From Myxococcota bacterium (GTDB taxonomy: Bacteria > Myxococcota > UBA4151), in assembly GCA_040260805.1 (NCBI GenBank), contig JBDQPD010000019.1, positions 1-42,266 of the forward strand: DNA of 42,266 nucleotides. Reading direction: 5' to 3'. Made by a program: the position numbers and the translations under genes. Under the pieces are notes generated by a model that was not told where the DNA came from, did not search any database, and saw only the letters and a list, made by a program, of their open reading frames with translations. Positions 17,858 through 26,275 of the stretch are shown piece after piece (within the stretch, counting starts at the first letter, position 1; every line of letters starts with the position of its first letter).

Positions 17858-18259
17858 TTAGTCATCTAAGTCTTTCGGACCAAATCTACGGGGATGTAAC
17901 TCGGAAAATTTCATGAATAATCGTTCGCCTTGACTGCCGACCGATAAAACCTCGAAATCACCGTGGTGATGAAACTCAGACAGCACCTGTCGGCACATAC
18001 CGCAGGGGGATTTGGGCTCAAGCGAAGGCGTGACGACCACCACCGCATCGATGGCTCGTTTCCCAGCCATCACCATCGCTGCGATCGCATTGCGTTCAGC
18101 GCATACCGTGGCACCTAAGCTGGCGTTTTCAACATTGCATCCGACGAAGATTTCACCTTCGCTAAACAGGGCCGTCCCCACGGCATAGTCGCTGTACGGT
18201 GCGTAAGCCTTTTGCTGCGCGGCGCGCGCCGCCGCAATGAGTCGATCCCAATCCATCAA
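17858..18259 (-). CDS. cdd: Cytidine deaminase (tetrameric, three-Cys zinc type)
   Basis: AYAPYS, GCNVENAS, CAERNAI and PCGMCRQVLSEF motifs. Confidence 0.95.
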   Translation of the reverse strand: MMDWDRLIAAARAAQQKAYAPYSDYAVGTALFSEGEIFVGCNVENASLGATVCAERNAIAAMVMAGKRAIDAVVVVTPSLEPKSPCGMCRQVLSEFHHHGDFEVLSVGSQGERLFMKFSELHPRRFGPKDLDD

Positions 18260-19104
18260 CGCGCTCCCAACAACTCAGGGATGGCATGCCGAAGCAGGTT
18301 CACGAAGCGCTTTGCTGCGGTCCCGACGACCTCTGTGACGTCGGCGTGCGTCAGAACCTCTTCACCCTCATTGCCCGCAGCGAAGTTAGAGATACAGCTC
18401 ACGCCAACCACAGGTAAACCGACCTGACGGGCGACCAGAACCTCGCCGACGGTGCTCATACCGACCGTATCCGCACCGAGCATCCCGTACATTCGCACCT
18501 CTGCAGGGCTCTCATACCCTGGGCCTAAAACACCGACATAGACGCCCTTTTTCAATGGACATCCGATCCGCTCGGCGAGCGCATCGAGGCGGCCGCCCAA
18601 AGCCCGGTCATATGGCTGACCCATATCTGGGAATCGTGCGCCCAAGCGATCATCATGTGAACCCACTAAAGGGTTGGTCCCTTGAAGGTTGATCTGATCC
18701 GTAATCCGCATCAAATCGCCCGGCTCTAGGCCTTTACCCGGGATCCCTCCGCTGGCGTTGGTCACCACAAAAACCTGCGCACCCAAAACCGCCGCAAGGC
18801 GCGGCAAAAGCCCCGCTCTCCAAGCTTCAATACCCTCATATAAGTGCATGCGACCCGAAAAGATCAGGACCTTGTGCGCACCGAGCTTACCGTAGACGAG
18901 TTCGCCGCGATGACCTTTGACGGTCGCGCTCTTAAACCCAGGTATCTCTTGATAAGGAACTCTGAGGGGATCGCTGAGCGCATCGGCAAATGCCGACAAC
19001 CCGGAACCCAGCACCACGGCGAAATCGACATCACCAATACCGGCAGCGCGAGCTGCCTCCTTGGCGTCATTTACATGTTCAACCAAATCATGCGCTGCGA
19101 TCAA
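18256..19104 (-). CDS. punA: Purine-nucleoside phosphorylase (trimeric PNP I / XapA family)
   Basis: VVLGSGLS, GHRGELV, GRMHLYEG, TNASGG, GPGYESPAE and GADTVGMST motifs. TTG start with strong SD AAGGAGG. Confidence 0.92.
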   Translation of the reverse strand: MIAAHDLVEHVNDAKEAARAAGIGDVDFAVVLGSGLSAFADALSDPLRVPYQEIPGFKSATVKGHRGELVYGKLGAHKVLIFSGRMHLYEGIEAWRAGLLPRLAAVLGAQVFVVTNASGGIPGKGLEPGDLMRITDQINLQGTNPLVGSHDDRLGARFPDMGQPYDRALGGRLDALAERIGCPLKKGVYVGVLGPGYESPAEVRMYGMLGADTVGMSTVGEVLVARQVGLPVVGVSCISNFAAGNEGEEVLTHADVTEVVGTAAKRFVNLLRHAIPELLGAR

Positions 19105-19150
19105 CAGTTCCTCCTTGAGAACGACTTCCTACCGACGTGCCACGGCACAA

Positions 19151-20644
19151 CTAGAGTAAAATTCCCACGACACACGCGGTCATGTAGGCAGCTAAGTTCC
19201 CAGCGATCATCGCACGAAGACCAAGTCGCGCCAAATCTGAGCGACGTTGAGGTGCGATCGATCCGATTCCACCGATCTGAATGGCGATCGATGAGAAGTT
19301 GGCGAAGCCACAAAGGGCATAGGTCAGAATCACCGCGCTGCGACCAGAAATCGCACCTTCAGAGCCGAGATTACCGGCGACGTTCAGGAAGGCTACAAAT
19401 TCATTCGTGACGGTTTTGACGCCAAGCTGGGCACCGCAAAAGGCAGCGTCAGCCCAGTCGACACCCATGACCCAAGCAAGCGGCGCAAGCAAGCGACCCA
19501 AGAGCCATTCCATGCTGAGCCCAGGAAAACCGATAAAACCACCGATCCAAGCAAAGACCGCGTTGACCAAGGCAACCAGCGCCACAAAAGCGATCAGCAT
19601 AGCGCCGACATTCAAAGCCAGCTTCAAGCCCTCACCCGCGCCGCGAGCGGCGGCATCGATCACGTTGACCGCTTCACTGTCATCATGGGTTTCGGCGTCA
19701 CCCTCATGAGACGCATCTTGGGTCTCCGGGACCATGATTTTAGCCATCACCAATGCGGCCGGTGCCGACATCACGCTAGCCGCTAAAAGGTGGCCTGCAA
19801 TATTCGGGAAATAACCGCTGAGCATGCCCACAAAAGCGAGCATCACCCCACCCGCTACGGTCGCAAAGCCACCGACCATAACCGCCATCAACTCACTGTC
19901 GGTCATCCGTTGAACATAAGGCTTAATCAACAAGGGTGACTCGGTCTGACCCAGGAAGATATTTCCCGCAGCGGATAAACTTTCAGGTCCTGACGTACGC
20001 AAGGTACGACGCATCAGCCAAGCGACAGCGCCGACGACTTTTTGCAACACACCGAGGTGGTAGCCGACCGCCGTGATCGACGAGAAGAAGATCAAAGTGG
20101 GGAGCACACCAAAGGCAAAATAGGCGCCGACTCCAGCCCAGCCTGTTTGATTGGGTTCAATGACTGGCCCCATGCTCGGATCACCCAACGGGCTCCCAAC
20201 CGGCACATTGTTCGTGACCAGGTTTCCAAACAAGAACCGAGAGCCCTCAGTGGTAAAGGCGAGCAGACCGTTGACCAAATCGTTGACCATACCAAAGACC
20301 GCAGAGCCGGCGTCGGTCTTGAGCACCAAGAGCCCAAAGACCAACTGCAAGGCGCAGCCTAAGCCGACCAAACGCCACGGGACTGAGCGCCGATTGTCCG
20401 AGAACAACAAAGCCAGGACAATCATCACGCCAATACCAAGCAAAGAAATGGCTCGGCGCCCCCAAGAGCTCTTGATCGGGACCGGCTGAGCAACCTGCGC
20501 TTGAGCCTCACCGACCCGATGCATATTACGCATCATCATCTTGAGCTGCTCTGGCTTAACTGCGGGCGCAGCTAGGGAGGTGGTTGGCGCCACCTCAGCG
20601 GGAGCAGCCACCACGAAAGCGCTCAAAAGAGCGAGTGAAATCAT
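19151..20644 (-). CDS. nupC: Concentrative nucleoside transporter (CNT/NupC family)
   Basis: FAFGVLPTLIFFSS, NIFLGQTESPL, GGFATVAGG, MSAPAA, NEFVAF and YALCGFANFSSIAIQIGG motifs. Confidence 0.94.
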   Translation of the reverse strand: MISLALLSAFVVAAPAEVAPTTSLAAPAVKPEQLKMMMRNMHRVGEAQAQVAQPVPIKSSWGRRAISLLGIGVMIVLALLFSDNRRSVPWRLVGLGCALQLVFGLLVLKTDAGSAVFGMVNDLVNGLLAFTTEGSRFLFGNLVTNNVPVGSPLGDPSMGPVIEPNQTGWAGVGAYFAFGVLPTLIFFSSITAVGYHLGVLQKVVGAVAWLMRRTLRTSGPESLSAAGNIFLGQTESPLLIKPYVQRMTDSELMAVMVGGFATVAGGVMLAFVGMLSGYFPNIAGHLLAASVMSAPAALVMAKIMVPETQDASHEGDAETHDDSEAVNVIDAAARGAGEGLKLALNVGAMLIAFVALVALVNAVFAWIGGFIGFPGLSMEWLLGRLLAPLAWVMGVDWADAAFCGAQLGVKTVTNEFVAFLNVAGNLGSEGAISGRSAVILTYALCGFANFSSIAIQIGGIGSIAPQRRSDLARLGLRAMIAGNLAAYMTACVVGILL

Positions 20645-21942
20645 GAGATCTCATCCCGAACTCGACCTGTGCGGGGCCGCACCTCACCTTCGAGCACCAG
20701 CGCCGCACGCAGATGCTCAACCGCTTCTTCTTGACCCTTCTCGCGCCAATGCAGACGAGCGATCTGAGTCTCTGGGGCTAGCTGTTCGCCGGGCTCGACC
20801 AACCACTCGATGCCCACCGCTAAGTCCACGTCTTGATCCGCTCGCTCGCGGCCAACACCCACGACGTGTCCAGCCCGAGCGACGGCTTGTGCGTCGATCT
20901 GTTTGAGCACGCCGGAGCATCCGGCGGTCACCGGATCAACGTGGGGTGCCTGAGGTAAGCGCTGGGGGTCGTCGATGATCGACGCATCACCGCCCTGCGC
21001 GGTGATCATTTCACCAAAGCGAGCCAAGGCGCGCCCTGACTCAACCACAGCGTGTACCGCCTCACGCGCCTCATCGTCGTGCTGTGCCTCACCCGACAGC
21101 CGCAGCATCCGTATCGCCAACCGCTCGGTAAGCTCCCAGGTGTCCGCCGGCCCTTCGCCGCGCAACACCTCAACGCTCTCCGCGATCTCTAGGGCATTAC
21201 CAACGCAGCGACCGATGGGCTGGTTCATGTCGGTGATCAGCGCCGAGCAAGCGACACCATTGGATTGGCTGACCCGCACGAGCGCTTGGGCGAGCTCTTG
21301 AGCTTGCTCAAACGTCGCCATGAACGCGCCTGAACCGAACTTCACGTCAAGCACCAAGGCGTCTAAGCCCTCGCTCAGCTTCTTCGACAAAATCGAGGCG
21401 ACAATCAACGGGATCGAGCTCACCGTCGCGGTGACATCGCGCAGCGCGTAGAGCTTACGGTCTGCAGGCGCTAGCTGTCCGGTCTGACCAATGATCGAGC
21501 ACCCCGTCGTCAAGACCGTTTTTTTGAACTCTTCTAAATTAAGGTCCGTTCGATAGCCGGGAATTGACTCGAGTTTGTCGAGCGTTCCGCCGGTCATGCC
21601 TAACCCGCGACCAGAGATCATCGGGACTTGAAGTCCTAGCGACGCAACGATCGGCGCCAGCGGGATGGATATTTTATCGCCCACGCCGCCTGTGCTGTGT
21701 TTGTCGATACGAAACCCTGCAGATCCCTCAAAGGAGATCGGCTCACCTGAATCGCGCATGGCGCCGGTCCAGCGAGCGGTCTCGTTCGGGTTGAGTCCTT
21801 GGAAACAAATCGCCATCGCCATTGCAGCCATCTGATAATCGGGAACATCGCCGCGCGTATAGGCGTCGATCCACCAAGCGATCTCGGCGTCGGTCAGGAC
21901 TTCACCCGCCCGCTTTTTAGCGATCAGATCAACGGGGTTCAT
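20641..21942 (-). CDS. pdp: Pyrimidine-nucleoside (thymidine) phosphorylase
   Basis: IAKKRAG, PDYQMAA, DKHSTGGVGDKIS, SGRGLGMTGGTLDKLESIPG, LYALRDVTATV and SILSKK motifs. Confidence 0.94.
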   Translation of the reverse strand: MNPVDLIAKKRAGEVLTDAEIAWWIDAYTRGDVPDYQMAAMAMAICFQGLNPNETARWTGAMRDSGEPISFEGSAGFRIDKHSTGGVGDKISIPLAPIVASLGLQVPMISGRGLGMTGGTLDKLESIPGYRTDLNLEEFKKTVLTTGCSIIGQTGQLAPADRKLYALRDVTATVSSIPLIVASILSKKLSEGLDALVLDVKFGSGAFMATFEQAQELAQALVRVSQSNGVACSALITDMNQPIGRCVGNALEIAESVEVLRGEGPADTWELTERLAIRMLRLSGEAQHDDEAREAVHAVVESGRALARFGEMITAQGGDASIIDDPQRLPQAPHVDPVTAGCSGVLKQIDAQAVARAGHVVGVGRERADQDVDLAVGIEWLVEPGEQLAPETQIARLHWREKGQEEAVEHLRAALVLEGEVRPRTGRVRDEIS

Positions 21943-21950
21943 CGGCGCAA

Positions 21951-22793
21951 CTAGTAGCTTCCAGAGGACGTGCCCCCGGTCACAATCGTCACCGAGGAGC
22001 TTGCGCCCACCCGAGTTGCGCCAGCGCGGACCATCGCTTCGACGTCGGCCTTATTGCGGACACCACCTGAAGCCTTAACGCCGAGCTCAGGTCCGACAAT
22101 GCGCCGCATGAGCGTGATGTCCTCAACGGTAGCGCCCGCTTTATCAAAGCCCGTGCTGGTCTTCACGAACGCAGCGCCAGCGGCTTTGGACAGCGCGCAA
22201 GAGATAACTTTTTCTTCTTCGCTCAGCTGCGAGGTCTCAAGAATCACCTTAACCGGAGCCGGTGCAGCAGCTTCAACAACCGCCCGAATATCCTCTAAGA
22301 CCTCGGCGTAGCGTGTCGATTTTAGCGCACCGATATTGATCACCATATCAATCTCTTTGGCGCCATCTCGGATAGCCTGACGTGTCTCGTACGCTTTAGC
22401 GTCTGGATTTTGAGCCCCGAGCGGAAAGCCAACCACAGCGATCGGAAGCACCGAGCTGCCGCTGAGTTGTTGAGCGACCAGGCGAACATTGCAGGAGTTA
22501 ACGCAAACCGTCTTGAAGCCGTGCTGCCGCGCTTCGGCGCAGACCTTACGCAGCTGATCGTCCGTCGCTTCGGGACGAAGCAGGGTATGATCAATGAGTT
22601 GTGCCAGTTGATTTGAGGTCGGCGCAGGGCGATCCGGGCCAGTTGGAGCCTGACTTTCGACAGGCTGGCGCTGGCGATGCGGAAGGTCCGCATCTTCGGC
22701 ATGCCAACTGCGTTTCGACTCACCGGTCTTCGGATCCTTCAGCCGGCGCTGCACCTCCGCAGTGATGGCGTGAACCAAACCGTCGTTACTCAT
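21951..22793 (-). CDS. deoC: Deoxyribose-phosphate aldolase with ~60-aa N-terminal extension
   Basis: [39 protein letters not shown] and GVKASGGVR motifs. SD AGGAGG upstream of ATG 22793. Confidence 0.96.
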   Translation of the reverse strand: MSNDGLVHAITAEVQRRLKDPKTGESKRSWHAEDADLPHRQRQPVESQAPTGPDRPAPTSNQLAQLIDHTLLRPEATDDQLRKVCAEARQHGFKTVCVNSCNVRLVAQQLSGSSVLPIAVVGFPLGAQNPDAKAYETRQAIRDGAKEIDMVINIGALKSTRYAEVLEDIRAVVEAAAPAPVKVILETSQLSEEEKVISCALSKAAGAAFVKTSTGFDKAGATVEDITLMRRIVGPELGVKASGGVRNKADVEAMVRAGATRVGASSSVTIVTGGTSSGSY

Positions 22794-23475
22794 GCTCGTC
22801 CTCCTGAACTTGAGCGCGCACGCGGTCTAACGAAAAAAGCTCAATCTGTGAATTCATGCGCCGCAATCCGAGCCTAATGATGGCACCGACGCTCAAAAGC
22901 ACCCAGCCGATGATGATCAAAGGCTGATCATAACCTAAGCTGAGCAGCTGAGGTCCAATCGCTGACAGCAGAGCCGTCACGACCGCGAGCTGGGGCATGC
23001 GCATGGACCCGTTGGGCTGCCGCCCAGGGAGCGATCTAAAGGCAAAGGCGAAGGCAAGGAAGACACCAAGAATGAGACCAAATCCCAAGCCGATCCAAAC
23101 GGACGACTCAGCCGAATCGGGGTCGTTTTGAGCCCCTGCTTCGACCGCGGCCACCGGCGTCGGTGCGGGCGCTTTATTGACCGGCTGGACCAAGTTGCTG
23201 GGTGGGTCAGGAAGTTGAGCCACCAGTTTACGCATCAATTTGATCTGAGCATCAAGAGCTTGGACGCGCTTGGTCTCAGAAGCCTTTTCCTCACCCTCAG
23301 GTAGACCCTGGACGACTCGGCGAACCTGTTCAAGCTCGCCTTGAGCGCGGCTGATTTCCGCGGCGAGCTCTGCTCGGCGATCGGGCGGTTGAGTCGCCTC
23401 GACTTGGACTTCGGTCCTCACCTCAGTGACCTGAGGCGTCGAGAGCAGCCAAAACATACTAAAAGCTAAGACCAT
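22786..23475 (-). CDS. Hypothetical membrane protein (signal, coiled coil, Pro-rich linker, three C-terminal TM helices)
   Basis: Fills the gap between the UDG-like gene and deoC and overlaps both. Heptad-like segments [19 protein letters not shown] and [15 protein letters not shown]. Hydrophobic C-terminal helices. Confidence 0.75.
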   Translation of the reverse strand: MVLAFSMFWLLSTPQVTEVRTEVQVEATQPPDRRAELAAEISRAQGELEQVRRVVQGLPEGEEKASETKRVQALDAQIKLMRKLVAQLPDPPSNLVQPVNKAPAPTPVAAVEAGAQNDPDSAESSVWIGLGFGLILGVFLAFAFAFRSLPGRQPNGSMRMPQLAVVTALLSAIGPQLLSLGYDQPLIIIGWVLLSVGAIIRLGLRRMNSQIELFSLDRVRAQVQEDEHE

Positions 23476-24095
23476 CCTAGTCGCTCCATAACCATTTTGA
23501 GATCGTTCCAGGCTTCGCGTTTGGCCTGAGGCTGGCGAAGTAAAAATGAGGGATGAAAAGTAGGCAAGGCGGGTCGCCCAAAAGCCTCAATCCACTGCCC
23601 TCGGGCGCTCGAGTCAACACCCGGTAAATCGGCGCGAAATGCTTTGAGCACGCTCGCCCCCAAGAGCATCAATACTTTAGGGTTAATCGCTTCGATTTGC
23701 GCCTTCCAAAAAGGTGCGCAAGGGGACGCCGACTGCCCACTGCTCTCGGACTCGACGGCTAAAACTTGGGCGACAAAGACCGACGCACGAGACCGCTTCA
23801 TCCCCTTCTCGATCATCGCCGTAAGCAGCTCCGCACAAGGTCCTTCAAAGAGATGAACGCTGCGTAGTTCAACCTGTTTTGGCGCCGCGCCAATGATCAT
23901 CAGATCAGCCCATTCAGGCCCTTGACCATGAGCCAAGCCAACCTGTCCATGACCTAACCAGTCGCCGATCAGCTGAGTAAACTCTGAGCGCCCTTGCGGC
24001 GCGCTCGCTTCCCGCGCATCCATCGACGGCATCGGCAGGTCGGAAAACCCCATCAGCCGACTTTCTTCTAGCCAAAACGTTAGACTGCGATCCAC
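23466..24095 (-). CDS. Uracil-DNA glycosylase family 4-like protein, degenerate active site
   Basis: ADLMIIG, ELLTAMIE, PFWKAQIEAINPKVLMLLG, RGQW and PTFHPSFLLRQPQAKREAWNDL follow the family-4 UDG layout. GTG 24095 preferred as start (AGGAG 10 nt upstream) over TTG 24152. Confidence 0.82.
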   Translation of the reverse strand: MDRSLTFWLEESRLMGFSDLPMPSMDAREASAPQGRSEFTQLIGDWLGHGQVGLAHGQGPEWADLMIIGAAPKQVELRSVHLFEGPCAELLTAMIEKGMKRSRASVFVAQVLAVESESSGQSASPCAPFWKAQIEAINPKVLMLLGASVLKAFRADLPGVDSSARGQWIEAFGRPALPTFHPSFLLRQPQAKREAWNDLKMVMERLGWS

Positions 24096-24160
24096 GAACT
24101 TAAAGCTCCTCGGTTGCTTTTGATAAAGCGGCCTTTCGGGGCTCTGAGTCAACGGTTCTC

Positions 24161-24197
24161 AAAAAGAAGAACGGGAGCCTCATCACGAAGCTCCCGT
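24161..24197 (-). terminator. Intrinsic terminator downstream of the triple-DsbA gene
   Basis: - strand ACGGGAGCTTC-GTGAT-GAGGCTCCCGT (11-bp stem with one G-U pair) followed by TCTTCTTTTT, about 35 nt after the stop at 24233. Confidence 0.85.
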
Positions 24198-24232
24198 CCC
24201 AGAGTACTCTAGACTGCTCAAGGCAGCCTTGA

Positions 24233-26221
24233 TTACTTCTTCAACTCTCGATCAATAATCGCTTTGAAACGATCGATCGGCTGGGCACCCGCAAGGTGCT
24301 CACCGTTGATGTAGAAGTTCGGCGTGCCTCGTGCACCCACCTTATTGGCGAGCTTCTTATCCGCTTCGACCTTTGCTTTAGTCGAGGCGCTGTTGAGGTC
24401 CTTTTCCCACTTGGCCATGTCTAGGCCGACCTCTTTGGCGTAGCCTTTGATCAGTTCATCACCAAGATTCCGATAATTCTCAAAGAGCTTATCATGCATC
24501 TGCCAGAACTTGCCTTGCTTACCTGCAGCGTGGGCAGCGCGTGCCGCTAACTCAGCGTGCTGATGGAAACCGAGCGGTAGATTCTTGAACACGACACGGA
24601 TCTTGTTGCCGTATTCTTTCTTAAGCGCCGTGATCGTGTCCGCGCCCTTCGAGCAGAAGGGGCATTGGAAATCACTGAACTCGTAGATCGTGACCTTAGC
24701 GCTCTTGGGACCGAACGCCATGTCTTCAGGGTGATCATCAATCACGACCGGGCCCTTGGGTTTAGCCGGAGCCGAAGGCAGCTTGAAGTTCGGAGCAGGC
24801 TTGCCCGCTTCCTTCATAACTTCCGCGTAGATGTCCTTGAGCTTGACGCCCTTCTTGAGCAGCGCATCAGCTTTTTTGAGCTCGGCTTCGATGGTTGGCT
24901 TGAAGCGCTCGTAAGGAAGCGCTCCACGAACCGGAATCCCGTTGACGAAGAAGTTCGGGGTACCCCGAGCGCCGACCTTGGCGCTCTCAGCGACGTCAGC
25001 TTTGATGATGTCTTTGACCTTCTTCGAGTCCATGTCTTTTTTGAACTTAGCGACATTCAAGCCAAGCTCTTTAGCCCATTTCTCAAAGTTCGGCTGAGTC
25101 AGGTTCTTATAATCTGCAAACATCTTGTCGTGCATTTCGAAGAACTTGCCCTGCATACCGGCGGCTTCACAAGCGCGCGCAGCGGGCTCAGCATTGGGGT
25201 GGAAGCCCAAGGGGTTGTGCTTGTAGATGAAGTACACGTCCTTGCCGTGGTTCTTCATGATGTCCTCGACGGTTTTGGCGCCGCGCGAGCAGAAGGGGCA
25301 TTCGAAATCTGAATACTCAACGATCACGACCTTGGCGGGCCAGGTCCCTTTGCCGCGGTAGCTCTGCTTGACCGGAACCTTTTGACGGGTGTCAGCAGGA
25401 GGCTTGGGACGAGCAGGAGGCTGAGCGCCTGCGCCCGCAGGAGCGGGCTTGTTGACCTTGGACGTTGCGCCCTTTGCGATCAGCTTGGCGTAAACATCTT
25501 TGGCAGCGACGCCTTTCTTGATCTGACGGTTGGCGTCTTTGAGCGCTTTAGCCACGACGTCTTCAAACTTCGACAAAGGCTGCGCGCCGCTCAAGAAGCG
25601 ACCGTTAATGAAGAACGCAGGCGTTCCACGAGCGCCCAAGCTGACCGCCAGCTTTTGCTGATCCTTGACCTTCTTGGTCAGGGCAGGATCTTTCATATCC
25701 TTTTTGAACTGGTCCATGTTCAAGCCCAGCTCGCCCGCCCACTTGTCAAAGTTGGCGTCGGTCAGATTTTTGGTGTTCGCAAACAACTTGTCGTGCATTT
25801 CCCAGAACTTGCCCTGGCGATTCGCTGCTTCTGCTGCGACCGCTGCCGGCATCGCACGATTGTGGAAACCCAGAGGGTTGTGGAAGAAAGCGATACGAAT
25901 GTCCTTGCCGTATTTACCCTTCATCAAGTCGTCGAGCGTCTTGTTAACTCGACTGCAGAAGGGGCATTGGAAATCGCTAATCTCGACGATGGTCACCAGA
26001 GCATCTTTATTGCCCTTAAAGACCGCATCACCAACCGGGATCTTGTAGATCGGCTCGGCGTTAGCGCATTCTTTCACCGCTTCGGAGTTGCAATCGATGT
26101 CATCATCGACAGCCGCAGCCGTGGGTGCGCCAGCGCTTTGCTGGCCGAAGTAGAAACCGGCACCGCCGGCAATAAGCATTACGAGGAGGTAGGCTCCTGC
26201 GCCACCTTTAGCTTCGTTCAT
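24233..26221 (-). CDS. Membrane-anchored protein with three tandem DsbA-like (thioredoxin-fold) domains
   Basis: N-terminal TM anchor. Three SDF[QE]CPFCS motifs (25955-25966, 25289-25300, 24653-24664), each followed by PLGFH, GKF[WF]xMHD and GARGTP...NG motifs. Confidence 0.93.
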   Translation of the reverse strand: MNEAKGGAGAYLLVMLIAGGAGFYFGQQSAGAPTAAAVDDDIDCNSEAVKECANAEPIYKIPVGDAVFKGNKDALVTIVEISDFQCPFCSRVNKTLDDLMKGKYGKDIRIAFFHNPLGFHNRAMPAAVAAEAANRQGKFWEMHDKLFANTKNLTDANFDKWAGELGLNMDQFKKDMKDPALTKKVKDQQKLAVSLGARGTPAFFINGRFLSGAQPLSKFEDVVAKALKDANRQIKKGVAAKDVYAKLIAKGATSKVNKPAPAGAGAQPPARPKPPADTRQKVPVKQSYRGKGTWPAKVVIVEYSDFECPFCSRGAKTVEDIMKNHGKDVYFIYKHNPLGFHPNAEPAARACEAAGMQGKFFEMHDKMFADYKNLTQPNFEKWAKELGLNVAKFKKDMDSKKVKDIIKADVAESAKVGARGTPNFFVNGIPVRGALPYERFKPTIEAELKKADALLKKGVKLKDIYAEVMKEAGKPAPNFKLPSAPAKPKGPVVIDDHPEDMAFGPKSAKVTIYEFSDFQCPFCSKGADTITALKKEYGNKIRVVFKNLPLGFHQHAELAARAAHAAGKQGKFWQMHDKLFENYRNLGDELIKGYAKEVGLDMAKWEKDLNSASTKAKVEADKKLANKVGARGTPNFYINGEHLAGAQPIDRFKAIIDRELKK

Positions 26222-26275
26222 GATCTCTCCATTGGGTCGAGAAGCGTGCGCTTCTAGGCGTCTGAACAGTCTGGG

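Noticed and set aside
25382..26257. 291-aa ORF antisense to the triple-DsbA gene (also 24665-25312)
   Set aside because: Expected shadow frames from strong codon bias. No recognisable motifs.
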